This document shows, piece after piece, positions 1-8,022 of a stretch of DNA of 64,000 nucleotides (position 1 is its first letter; each line of letters begins with the position of its first letter). Both the position numbers and the translations under genes were made by a program. This DNA comes from Candidatus Kryptoniota bacterium (GTDB lineage Bacteria; Bacteroidota; Ignavibacteria; Kryptoniales; JAKASW01). The stretch spans positions 1,280 to 65,279 of the forward strand of contig JBJKPC010000003.1 in assembly GCA_046706745.1 (NCBI GenBank), read 5' to 3'. A model generated the notes under the pieces. The model was not told the origin of the DNA. It made no database searches and saw only the letters and a list, made by a program, of their open reading frames with translations.

Positions 1-1099
1 GGTCTCTTCGGGGAAGAGCCACGGTCATATTCGAAAACTCATATCTGAAAACATAATTGCCTCTCAATTCCTTGAAATACGGACCGCGTTGATCCTGCTT
101 CACGTCTGCGATCTTCCGAAGAACGGCGTCGTCTTTAGCGACGTCGTAACATCTGCTGACGATTTGCGATATGACTTTCTCCGAATCGGAGTAGTCCGGA
201 TCGACGGTTATTATGGGATCCTTGGGCGGGGCGATCACAGAAGAAGCGTCCCAGGTTTGTGTCAAACCAAAGTGAGAACAAAAAGCCTCATATACCATCC
301 GGGTAGCGTTCACTTTGCCGTCTATGGAATAACCGGCGATGTGCTGCGTGCCGACCGCGCACATCGACAGAAGGTCGATGTCGATATCGGGTTCATTTTC
401 CCAGACATCAAGCACAGCCGTCGCGGGTCTTCCGGCAGACATTGCAGTCTTGAGCGCGTTGTTGTCGACAACTGGCCCGCGGGAGGAGTTAATCACAACC
501 GAACCGGGCTTCATCTTGTCCAGCCTGACGCCGTCAAACAGGTGATGTGTCGGATCATTGCCCGTCTTTGTGTAAGGAACGTGAATAGTGATAAAATCGG
601 ACCGCATGAGATCATCCAGGGGAAGAAAACGCGAATCGCCGGTCGCCCTCGCGAGCGGCGGATCGTTCTGCAGGACAATCATGTCAAGTTTTTGTCCCAC
701 GCGCACAATCTTGCTGCCAATGTGTCCGACACCGACGACCCCGAGGGTTTTGCCTTTAAGGGAGAGCCCGTTTCTCTCGGCAAGCGTAAACAGGGCCGAA
801 AAGACGTATTGAACGACCGCGTTGGAGTTGCAGCCGGGTGCGCTGGCAAAAGCGATGCCCTGCTTCTTCAGGTAGTCAACATCCACGTGATCGGTCCCGA
901 TGGTGGCGGTCCCCACAAATTTCACTCTGCTGCCGGCGAGAAGCTTCTCGGTCACCTTTGTCTCGGACCTAACAAGCAACGCGTCCGCTTCCTTCACTGC
1001 AGCACTGTCAATGGCCCGGCTGTCATGAGTGGCAATCTCCCCGAACGGGCCGAAAGCTTCACGGACAAACGGTATTCTCTGATCTGCCACGATTTTCAT
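1..1099 (-). CDS. pdxB: erythronate-4-phosphate dehydrogenase (PdxB-type D-2-hydroxyacid dehydrogenase); C-terminus runs off the left edge
   Basis: Absent from the ORF track because it has no stop inside the window. My translation from ATG 1099..1097 (GGGAG 7 nt upstream) reads MKIVADQRIPFVREAFGPFGE...FVGTATIGTDHVD...APGCNSNAVVQYVFSAL...LGVVGVGHIGSK...SSRGPVVDN...DVWENEP...HIAGYS. These motifs are co-linear with E. coli PdxB. The + ORF 89..1132 is its antisense shadow. Confidence 0.8.
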   Translation of the reverse strand, partial: MKIVADQRIPFVREAFGPFGEIATHDSRAIDSAAVKEADALLVRSETKVTEKLLAGSRVKFVGTATIGTDHVDVDYLKKQGIAFASAPGCNSNAVVQYVFSALFTLAERNGLSLKGKTLGVVGVGHIGSKIVRVGQKLDMIVLQNDPPLARATGDSRFLPLDDLMRSDFITIHVPYTKTGNDPTHHLFDGVRLDKMKPGSVVINSSRGPVVDNNALKTAMSAGRPATAVLDVWENEPDIDIDLLSMCAVGTQHIAGYSIDGKVNATRMVYEAFCSHFGLTQTWDASSVIAPPKDPIITVDPDYSDSEKVISQIVSRCYDVAKDDAVLRKIADVKQDQRGPYFKELRGNYVFRYEFSNMTVALPRRD

Positions 1100-1112
1100 G
1101 AAGTCACTCCCG

Positions 1113-1898
1113 TCAGATGGTCATCGCCGTGAATCCGCCGTCGACCGGAATAATCGTGCCCGTAACAAAAGACGAAGCTTTGTTCGAGGCGAGCCAGACG
1201 AAGGCACCGTTGAGTTCATCCGCCTCACCGTATCTCGCCATTGGAGTATGTCCGAATATCGACTTGCGCCGCTCCTCGGTCAGTATCTTTCTATTCTGTT
1301 CAGCGGGAAAAAAACCCGGCATGACGGCATTCACACGAATTCCGAATTGAGCCCATTCGCGTGCCAGGAAACGCGTCATATTGTTGACCCCCGCCTTCGA
1401 GATGGCGTAAGTGAAGACTTTTGATAGCGGGATCTCCGACGACACCGATGAAAAATTGATGATGCTTCCCTTCACCTTCGCATCCACCATATGCTTGCCG
1501 AAAACCTGGCATGCGAAGAACATCCCTTTCAGATTGACAGCTATAATTTTTTCCCATTCGTCCTCAGTGATGTCGAGAACCGGAGTGGTCGAGTTGACGC
1601 CCGGGGCGTTCACAAGTATGTCGACACGGTTCCATCTCGATACGATCTCGTCTTTTGCTTTTTCAAGATCGGATTTGACCCGGCCGTCGGCATGTACGGC
1701 CATGGCCTCACGCTTATTCGATTGAATGTTCTTCACCCGATGGTCCGCGGCTTCCTTTCCGTGATTATATATGATGGCAACGTTCGCGCCAGCTCTGGAA
1801 AGAGCCTCGGCGACACTTCCACCAAGCACTCCAGACCCTCCGATAACTGCCGCTACTCTACCTTTCAATCCAAAGATATCTTCCAGATAATTGCTCAT
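1113..1898 (-). CDS. SDR-family oxidoreductase, possibly a sugar-acid (mannonate/fructuronate, UxuB-like) reductase
   Basis: 261 aa with Rossmann GGSGVLG, catalytic YAISK, and PGFFPAEQNR and PVDGGF motifs of the gluconate-5-DH/UxuB SDR subgroup. The substrate is inferred only from these motifs and the adjacent kduD remnant. Confidence 0.85.
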   Translation of the reverse strand: MSNYLEDIFGLKGRVAAVIGGSGVLGGSVAEALSRAGANVAIIYNHGKEAADHRVKNIQSNKREAMAVHADGRVKSDLEKAKDEIVSRWNRVDILVNAPGVNSTTPVLDITEDEWEKIIAVNLKGMFFACQVFGKHMVDAKVKGSIINFSSVSSEIPLSKVFTYAISKAGVNNMTRFLAREWAQFGIRVNAVMPGFFPAEQNRKILTEERRKSIFGHTPMARYGEADELNGAFVWLASNKASSFVTGTIIPVDGGFTAMTI

Positions 1899-2033
1899 TC
1901 TGTTACTCCATGTTGAATCGATACAAGGGCCGCATTGGCGGCCGTTTTCTTGAATTTAAGCTATTGAAGCCATTCAAACCGCCGGGAAATCGGAATCAAT
2001 TCCGATGACCTTCTCGCCCGATCAATCCCGCTT

Positions 2034-2300
2034 TCACCTGCCCATCCGTCCACCATCGACCGTCAAGATGCTGCCATTCATATACGCTGATGCATCCGAA
2101 CATAAGAACGCAATCGCGCCCATCAGATCATCCGGTTCTCCCCAGTGGCCAACAGGTATCCTGTCGAGTATGCCCTTCGACCTGACGGGATCTTCTCGAA
2201 GCGGCTACGCGCTGCCGGTTGCGATGTAACAGGGCGTAATCGCATTCACCGTGACTCCTTTCGAGGCCCATTCATTCGTCCGGAGACGTTCATTTGAGCA
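2034..2300 (-). pseudogene. kduD: 5'-truncated, stop-interrupted remnant of a KduD-type 2-deoxy-D-gluconate 3-dehydrogenase gene
   Basis: My minus-strand translation reads ERLRTNEWASKGVTVNAITPCYIATGSA*PLREDPVRSKGILDRIPVGHWGEPDDLMGAIAFLCSDASAYMNGSILTVDGGRMGR*. There is an in-frame TAG at 2207..2205 and a stop at 2036..2034. It matches only the C-terminal third of KduD (NEWA..VNAI.PGY..ILDRIP.GRWG..DL.G...FL.S.AS.Y.NG....VDGGW). No Rossmann N-terminus lies upstream, because the cupin gene stops at 2317. Confidence 0.6.
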
Positions 2301-2316
2301 GGACTGAACACCTCTG

Positions 2317-2634
2317 TCAAAAGCCGTTTCGAAGAGTCCCCATGATGTGCTTTAATACCGAGCAAATGATGAAAGAGTTGCCCGCGGCGATATGGCTCAC
2401 TCTCACGTAGTTTCCTGCTTCAAACCCGTCCCCTGCCGGGCAAACAACGTGACGATGAGGATGCGCGTGGGCATTATCGGCCATGCCATAATTGAATTCC
2501 GCGCGCACAAGGATTATTTGCTTTGAGTATCCTGGTCCCTTCTGCAGCGCACCGTGCATCTCCCCTTCCCATTCGTTTTCGGCCGGGTCAAGAAACAATT
2601 GCGCCTTGAATTTAGCGCTCAACTGCTCTTTCAA
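2317..2634 (-). CDS. small cupin protein, KdgF-like candidate
   Basis: 105 aa with cupin motif 1, G-x5-H-x-H (GMADNAHAHPHRH). The N-terminal EWEGEMHGALQ...ILVRAEFNYG resembles the KdgF pattern PW.DMGGGI....MMVEVRF..G. It sits next to the kduD remnant. Confidence 0.55.
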   Translation of the reverse strand: MKEQLSAKFKAQLFLDPAENEWEGEMHGALQKGPGYSKQIILVRAEFNYGMADNAHAHPHRHVVCPAGDGFEAGNYVRVSHIAAGNSFIICSVLKHIMGTLRNGF

Positions 2635-2904
2635 AATGACTTTCCCGCAACATTACCTATCTCGGATACAGCTAACGCCACAATATAATAAAAGAGAGCA
2701 AGCGATCGCACATCCTGGATACGGAGGCAAGTCTTTCTCCCGATCTATACAAAAAAATCTCTGAAGGGCAGCCTGCTTCGTCTGGACAAGTAATACAAAG
2801 TTTCTTATCATAAATACAGTTCAAGGCATTGCGGCCTTTATCGCCGGACACGGACATCACGCTCCGGAGAGGATCGCGAGGCTTCCACCAAGAAGGAGAA
2901 CGTG

Positions 2905-3312
2905 ATGGCGTTGTTTGACTGGAGCGATGAATACAGTGTCCGTGTAACCGAAATGGACGAACAGCATAGAAAGCTTGTCGCGTTGATCAACGAGCTGAGC
3001 GAGTCTATTGGGAATGGGAACGAACATGAGGTCATTAAGCAGACACTCGACAAACTGCTGGATTACACGGCGTACCACTTCTTAACAGAAGAGCGTCTCC
3101 TCGAGAAGAACGGGTACCCGGGGTTGCGCAAGCAGAAAGAAGAGCACGATACACTGTCATGGCGGGTCCTCGATATGAGAAGCAGATATTACAGCGGTGA
3201 GGGTGTGGAGCCGAATGAAGTGCTGGTTTTTCTCACGGGTTGGCTGAAGAATCACCTTCTCTTCTCCGACAAGCAATACGCTGCTTATCTCAACTCTAAG
3301 GGAGTATTTTGA
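2905..3312 (+). CDS. bacteriohemerythrin (hemerythrin-like metal-binding protein)
   Basis: MALFDWSDEYSVRVTEMDEQHRKLVALINEL... and the later YTAYHFLTEERLL and EEH motifs are the classic hemerythrin His/Glu ligand pattern. AAGGAG lies 6 nt upstream of ATG 2905 (the ORF track starts at GTG 2902). Confidence 0.9.
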   Translation: MALFDWSDEYSVRVTEMDEQHRKLVALINELSESIGNGNEHEVIKQTLDKLLDYTAYHFLTEERLLEKNGYPGLRKQKEEHDTLSWRVLDMRSRYYSGEGVEPNEVLVFLTGWLKNHLLFSDKQYAAYLNSKGVF

Positions 3313-3479
3313 TCCATTGCACGGCCGCGCAAACCGTAATGCAGGCGAAGGACCTATTGCCCACCATGCGCCGACGGGATGCTGACGTAAGCACCGGAGA
3401 AATCGAGAATATATAGTGAAGCCTCCCTTGGGCGGATATGTCTGCCGACTCTCAGGGATTTCAGGATTCTCTCGCCCCT

Positions 3480-4979
3480 CTATCTGATCGTCATTACCTG
3501 TTCTTCGAAGATCTTCCGAAAATGGAATCCGTATATCGCGAAGGTAATTGCGAGTGGGAATAGTTTCGGCCTCGTAAACAGTGACCAGAAGAACAGGCGC
3601 CAGTAATAGACCCGCTCTTTCGCGATGACCCCGAGCAGAAGCGTGGATTTCAGAAAAGCCTTGATGTCGGCGGCGCTGACTCTGAATACTTTAGCTTGAG
3701 GCGGTTTGAAATCGCGCATAAAATTCTTCACCCGGTGATAATACTCTTTCGGCGAGTAGATTCTGCCGACGATGCTTTTGTAACCGTCTATAAGAATCTC
3801 GCGGTTCATCTTCGGGATGAAGTTCATTGATAAATCGGTATTGTTTCCCGAAAAAACGTGAAGGAGCCTCCCCTCGCTCATGAGCCTCTTGTACAGTTTG
3901 GTCCCTTTTGGAGCGTTCAGAAGTCCGACCATTGCAGTCACGATGCCCGTGTCCTGAATAAATTCGGTCAGCCGATCGAAAATCTGAACGGGGTCGACAT
4001 CGAACCCGACTATGAAACCGCCCTGAACCTGCATACCAAACCGCTGGATCTTCCTGACACTCTCGGCGAGGTCCCTGCTCTTGTTCGGGATCTTCTTGCA
4101 TTCCTGCAGGCTTTCCTCATTTGGGGATTCAATCCCGACGAACACTGCGTTGAATCCGGCCCGGACCATCAGTGTCATCAACTCTTCGTCGTCAGCGGAA
4201 TTCAGAGATACCTCGGTATTGAAATAAAACGGATGTCTGTTCCTGTCCATCCATTGAATGACCGAAGGAAGGATCTCCTTCTTGAGCTTGTTTCTATTCC
4301 CGATAAAGTTGTCGTCGACGAAAAACACGCTCCCTTTCCAGCCCTGGTTACGCAAGCTGTCGAGTTCTGCGATCACCTGTTGATTCGTCTTTGTCCGCGG
4401 AACTCGGCCGTAAAGCACCGTTATGTCGCAGAATTCACAATCGTACGGACAACCCCTCGAATACTGGAGATTCATGGAGGCATAATTCTTGAGTTTGATC
4501 AGGTCCCACTTCGGCACAGGTGTGGAGGACACGTCAGCAAAGTCGGAGGATGAATAGAAGTGTTTCGGAGTGCCGAGGGCGAGATCATCGAGGAACGGCT
4601 TCAGCGTGATTTCCGCCTCGTTCAGCACGAGATGATCGACCTCATCGAACTCATCGTAATAAGAGGTGAACAGCGGGCCGCCCGCTACGGTCTTGCGTCC
4701 GAGCTTTCTGCATCGCGTTATCACCGCTTTAGCGGACTCCCTTTGCACCGTCATCGCACTTATGAAAACGTAGTCCGCCCATTCTATTTCTTCGTCGGAC
4801 AGTGAGTCCACATTGAGATCGACGAGCTTCTTTTCCCATTCATCGGGCACCATCGATGCAACGGTTAGGAGGCCGAGCGGCGGGAATGCCGCCTTCTTCG
4901 AAATGAATTTCAACGCGTGGCGAAAACTCCAGAACGTATCGGGGTAACGCGGATAGACGAAAAGAATCTTCATTGGCAT
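3480..4979 (-). CDS. B12-binding-domain radical SAM protein with DUF4070-type C-terminal tail
   Basis: 499 aa. The N-terminal KILFVYPRYPDTFWSF...PLGLLTVASM is a cobalamin-binding-domain pattern. The CxxxCxxC cluster is SRGCPYDCEFCD. The C-terminal hydrophobic tail (YYWRLFFWSLFTRPKLFPLAITFAIYGFHFRKIF) is typical of this subfamily. Confidence 0.9.
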   Translation of the reverse strand: MPMKILFVYPRYPDTFWSFRHALKFISKKAAFPPLGLLTVASMVPDEWEKKLVDLNVDSLSDEEIEWADYVFISAMTVQRESAKAVITRCRKLGRKTVAGGPLFTSYYDEFDEVDHLVLNEAEITLKPFLDDLALGTPKHFYSSSDFADVSSTPVPKWDLIKLKNYASMNLQYSRGCPYDCEFCDITVLYGRVPRTKTNQQVIAELDSLRNQGWKGSVFFVDDNFIGNRNKLKKEILPSVIQWMDRNRHPFYFNTEVSLNSADDEELMTLMVRAGFNAVFVGIESPNEESLQECKKIPNKSRDLAESVRKIQRFGMQVQGGFIVGFDVDPVQIFDRLTEFIQDTGIVTAMVGLLNAPKGTKLYKRLMSEGRLLHVFSGNNTDLSMNFIPKMNREILIDGYKSIVGRIYSPKEYYHRVKNFMRDFKPPQAKVFRVSAADIKAFLKSTLLLGVIAKERVYYWRLFFWSLFTRPKLFPLAITFAIYGFHFRKIFEEQVMTIR

Positions 4980-5076
4980 CCCATCTTTATCGTCTAAAAG
5001 TAATCAATCGCAAATCAGCTGTCAAATACGATTCACACATGTGTTTCATCCGACGGGCGGTCCTCTCCGATTTCAC

Positions 5077-5105
5077 TTGACAGCATCGGAATCGTGTGTT
5101 AGTTT
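5077..5105 (+). promoter_or_regulatory. sigma70-like promoter of the tetR/ABC operon (-35 TTGACA, 17-nt spacer, -10 TAGTTT)
   Basis: Perfect TTGACA at 5077..5082, a 17-nt spacer, then TAGTTT at 5100..5105. It lies 56 nt upstream of the first tetR ATG candidate (5161) and 71 nt upstream of the annotated start (5176). The -10 box is weak. Confidence 0.45.
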
Positions 5106-5110
5106 ATTCC

Positions 5111-5130
5111 TAAACCGACCGGTCGGTTTA
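5111..5130. promoter_or_regulatory. perfect 20-bp palindrome TAAACCGACC|GGTCGGTTTA, candidate TetR operator
   Basis: I verified the reverse complement as identical over all 20 nt. It lies 6 nt downstream of the putative -10 box, the classic position for an autorepressing TetR operator. Confidence 0.55.
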
Positions 5131-5175
5131 TTTATAAACTTGTACGTGACGAAATGCCGGATGGAGAGGCGGCGT

Positions 5176-5781
5176 ATGCCGAGAAGAGTAAGCGTGGAAA
5201 ACATTGCCAAACGGAAGGAACAGATCCTGCGAGCTGCCATAAAAGCCTTTGCCCGCAACGGCCTGAAGGGAACGAGCATGAACGATATCGTACTTGAGTC
5301 CGGCATGAGCAAAGGTGCAATCTATTGGTACTACAACAGCAAGGACGAGATAATTTCCGAGCTGGTCAACTTCTTCTTCGACCCAAAGGAAATGAAAATG
5401 CTGGACCGGTTATTGTCCGAAGGCACTGCGATCGAGAGGATCAAGAAGCTCGCCGATTACACCGCCGAGGCGATGGACAAAATGAAACCTTTCCAGCCCG
5501 TCATCCAGGAATTGTATGTAATCGCGTTCAGGGATGCACAAACGAAGAAGATGGCTACAAAGAGCTTTCAGGAGTCGACATCCCTGCTCGAAAGAATCAT
5601 CGATTACGGAGTGAAGAAAAAGGAATTCAAGCGTGTCGATGCTCATCAGGTATCCGTCTCGATTATCGAGATGATGGAAGGGGCCGCAATGCTCTGGTTC
5701 CTCAACACAAAAGGTTTCGATTATGTCGCACATGTTCGTTTTGGTATAGACTTAATAATAGATGCAATCAAGGTGAATTAA
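5176..5781 (+). CDS. TetR/AcrR-family transcriptional regulator
   Basis: The N-terminal HTH reads RKEQILRAAIKAFARNGLKGTSMNDIVLESGMSKGAIYWYYNSKDEI. GGAGAGG lies 5 nt upstream of ATG 5176 (alternative ATG at 5161). The ORF-track start at 5041 is an upstream extension. Confidence 0.9.
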   Translation: MPRRVSVENIAKRKEQILRAAIKAFARNGLKGTSMNDIVLESGMSKGAIYWYYNSKDEIISELVNFFFDPKEMKMLDRLLSEGTAIERIKKLADYTAEAMDKMKPFQPVIQELYVIAFRDAQTKKMATKSFQESTSLLERIIDYGVKKKEFKRVDAHQVSVSIIEMMEGAAMLWFLNTKGFDYVAHVRFGIDLIIDAIKVN

Positions 5782-6617
5782 TGAGGGCTCTGAAGATGAC
5801 TATGCTGAGAAATACAATCCATTCCTTCGATGGGAAATCGAGCCGGGGATTCTTCCGCTCTTGGATTCCGGTGGAGACGTTTCTCCTGTTGGTGACTTTA
5901 TCTCTAGGCGGGGAAATCTACTCGAACGCTTACGCCCAAACCCCGAAGGAGATCATTCAACGGGCGGAAGACGCCATCAAAGGCAAGATCTCGAGCCATT
6001 CTATCATGGAGATGATCATCAAGACTCCCGACTATACGCGCTCCATGAAGATGGAAAGCTGGACGAGCGGAACGTCGAAGGCGCTCGTAAAAATTCTTTC
6101 GCCGGTACGCGAAGCCGGCAACCGCACTCTCAAGCTCGGAAACGATATCTGGATGTACCTGCGCAACACCGAAACCACGATCCGCATCCCCCCTTCCATG
6201 ATGCTTCAGTCCTGGAACGGTTCGGATTATACATACGACGACATGGTCAGGGAGGAGACACTTTCGAAGGACTACGACATAACGATCGTCGGAACCGAGA
6301 AAATTGGCGGTGTGGAATGCTGGAAGCTCCAGCTTCTCCCGAAGCCGAACGCACCCGTGGTATGGGGAAAGATCCTCTACTGGGTGCGCAAAGCGGACTC
6401 CTTGCCTCAGCAGGTCGAGTACTTCGACGAAAGGGGTAAGCTGATGCGTACAATGGTGATGAGCGCTTTCAGGGTCATGGGCGGTAGACTGATACCGACT
6501 GACTGGACGATGTACAATGCCGACAAGACGCATTCCACCGAGATAAAAATTGAAAAGGCGTCGTTCGATCAGAGAATACCGAGCAGCATTTTTTCGCTGA
6601 GAGAACTGGAGAGGTGA
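5781..6617 (+). CDS. LolA-like outer-membrane lipoprotein-sorting (periplasmic carrier-like) protein
   Basis: The start ATG overlaps the tetR stop (TAATG). A signal peptide ends ...SNAYAQTP. The body (KISSHSIMEMIIKTPDYTRSMKMESW...LKLGNDIWMYL...SDYTYDDM) matches my recollection of the LolA_like family that accompanies FtsX-type ABC exporters. The 5325 start in the ORF track overlaps tetR in another frame. Confidence 0.7.
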   Translation: MRALKMTMLRNTIHSFDGKSSRGFFRSWIPVETFLLLVTLSLGGEIYSNAYAQTPKEIIQRAEDAIKGKISSHSIMEMIIKTPDYTRSMKMESWTSGTSKALVKILSPVREAGNRTLKLGNDIWMYLRNTETTIRIPPSMMLQSWNGSDYTYDDMVREETLSKDYDITIVGTEKIGGVECWKLQLLPKPNAPVVWGKILYWVRKADSLPQQVEYFDERGKLMRTMVMSAFRVMGGRLIPTDWTMYNADKTHSTEIKIEKASFDQRIPSSIFSLRELER

Positions 6618-6636
6618 TGAAGAAAGCTCCGAACCA

Positions 6637-6757
6637 CAAATACCAAATTCCAAACAGAACCCAATTTCGAAACTCCAATCCACAAAGGAAACGAAGCGAG
6701 CTCTGTCTCCGGAAGTCAGGGTTTGTTATTTGGAGCTTGTTTGGAGCTTGGTATTTG
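6637..6757 (+). repeat. long-range inverted repeat in the lolA-like/permease spacer (arms 6637..6656 and 6738..6757)
   Basis: I paired it by hand base by base, giving 18 Watson-Crick pairs, 1 G-U and 1 A-C mismatch over 20 positions. The left arm is CCAA/TCC-rich and the right arm carries the TTGGA repeats. The 3' arm ends 35 nt before the permease A1 start codon. Confidence 0.6.
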
Positions 6758-6792
6758 GAACTTGGAACTTCCCCTGTGCGAGCAACGACTCC

Positions 6793-8022
6793 ATGAAACT
6801 CCTCATTCGAATTGCCTGGCGCAGTCTCTGGCGAAATCGGAGACGCTCCATCCTCGCCATTTCGGCGATCGCATTTGCCGTGGCTTTGGCTATTGTCAGG
6901 CTCGGCTTCGACGACGGCGTATTCGCTCTCTCGCTGAGGACCGCGGTCAGATCATCTACGGGCTATCTGCAGATCCAGAAGACCGGTTACAACGAAAACC
7001 CGACCCTTCAAAAAAGCTTCACCGTAGGTCCACGCATCGAGTCCGTATTGGAGTCCGATCCCGCGCTCAACGGCAGCTCCCCTAGGATCCAGGCGGGCGC
7101 GCTTATCAGCTACCGCAATCAATCACTCGGAGTAATGATAACGGGGGTCGATCCGAAAACGGAGGACCTCATCACCGATTTCCCCAAGAAGGTGATCGAC
7201 GGGAGATTTCTTGCGAGCGATTCGACTCCCGACATCGTGGTTGGATACAAGCTCCTTAGAAATCTTCGGGCTCAAGTCGGCGATTCGGTCGTTGTTCTTG
7301 CGCAGGGATTCGATGGCGTTCTCGACAATATGTTTGTACGAATAGTCGGGACCTTCAGGACCGGTTCCGACGAGTTCGACCGCACCGGTGCTTTCATGAG
7401 CATCCCGGTTCTGCAGAATTTCCTCTCTATGGGCAAGAGGATCAATGCCCTGGCGCTGTCGGTGAAGGATCCCTCGGACGCGGAAAGGATCGCCGGTTCA
7501 CTCGATCCGGTTCTCAAACCACTTGGACTTGTGGCGGTACCCTGGGAAAGACTTCTTCCGCAGCTAAGGCAAACCATGAGTTTCAGCCATGCCGCTCATT
7601 TGATCTTTCTGATACTTTTATTCATAGTGGTCGGCTTCGGTATACTCAACGCCCTGCTGATGTCGGTCACCGAGCGCTTCCGGGAGTTCGGCGTAATGCT
7701 TTCAGTTGGCATGTCCAACCTGAAGCTAGCCGCGACTGTAGCCATAGAAATAGTATTCATGATCCTGATAGGTTTCGTGGTCGGCAACGTCGTCGGAGGG
7801 GGGCTTAATTACTACTTTGCCGTCCATCCGATCGTTATGGGAGGCAACATAGCAGCGTATGTTCACGAGTGGGGGTTTCAGCCGATTGTCCCCTCTTCCC
7901 TTTCTCCCGGAATCTTCGTCACCGCAGGTCTGATCGTGGCCGCAATATCGGTGCTCGCAGCAGTGTATCCGCTGTGGCGTGTAGCAAAGCTGGAGCCGTT
8001 GAAAGGCATAAGGTACACTTGA
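6793..8022 (+). CDS. ABC transporter permease, FtsX/MacB family (paralog A1)
   Basis: The N-terminus MKLLIRIAWRSLWRNRRRS is the FtsX-family signature. A large periplasmic domain follows, then the C-terminal FtsX TM bundle (ILNALLMSVTERFREFGVMLSVGMS). The start is taken at ATG 6793, M22 of the track ORF. Confidence 0.9.
   Translation: MKLLIRIAWRSLWRNRRRSILAISAIAFAVALAIVRLGFDDGVFALSLRTAVRSSTGYLQIQKTGYNENPTLQKSFTVGPRIESVLESDPALNGSSPRIQAGALISYRNQSLGVMITGVDPKTEDLITDFPKKVIDGRFLASDSTPDIVVGYKLLRNLRAQVGDSVVVLAQGFDGVLDNMFVRIVGTFRTGSDEFDRTGAFMSIPVLQNFLSMGKRINALALSVKDPSDAERIAGSLDPVLKPLGLVAVPWERLLPQLRQTMSFSHAAHLIFLILLFIVVGFGILNALLMSVTERFREFGVMLSVGMSNLKLAATVAIEIVFMILIGFVVGNVVGGGLNYYFAVHPIVMGGNIAAYVHEWGFQPIVPSSLSPGIFVTAGLIVAAISVLAAVYPLWRVAKLEPLKGIRYT

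Noticed and set aside
89-1132. 347-aa + strand ORF, the longest listed at the left edge
   Set aside because: It is the antisense shadow of pdxB. The minus strand gives a motif-rich PdxB translation with no stop, while the + translation is Arg/Gly/Val-rich with no motifs.
5325-5780. N-terminal 152 codons of the 430-aa ORF 5325..6617
   Set aside because: It overlaps tetR in another frame and has an Arg/Gly-rich nonsense-like composition. The real LolA-like gene starts at ATG 5781 with a proper signal peptide.
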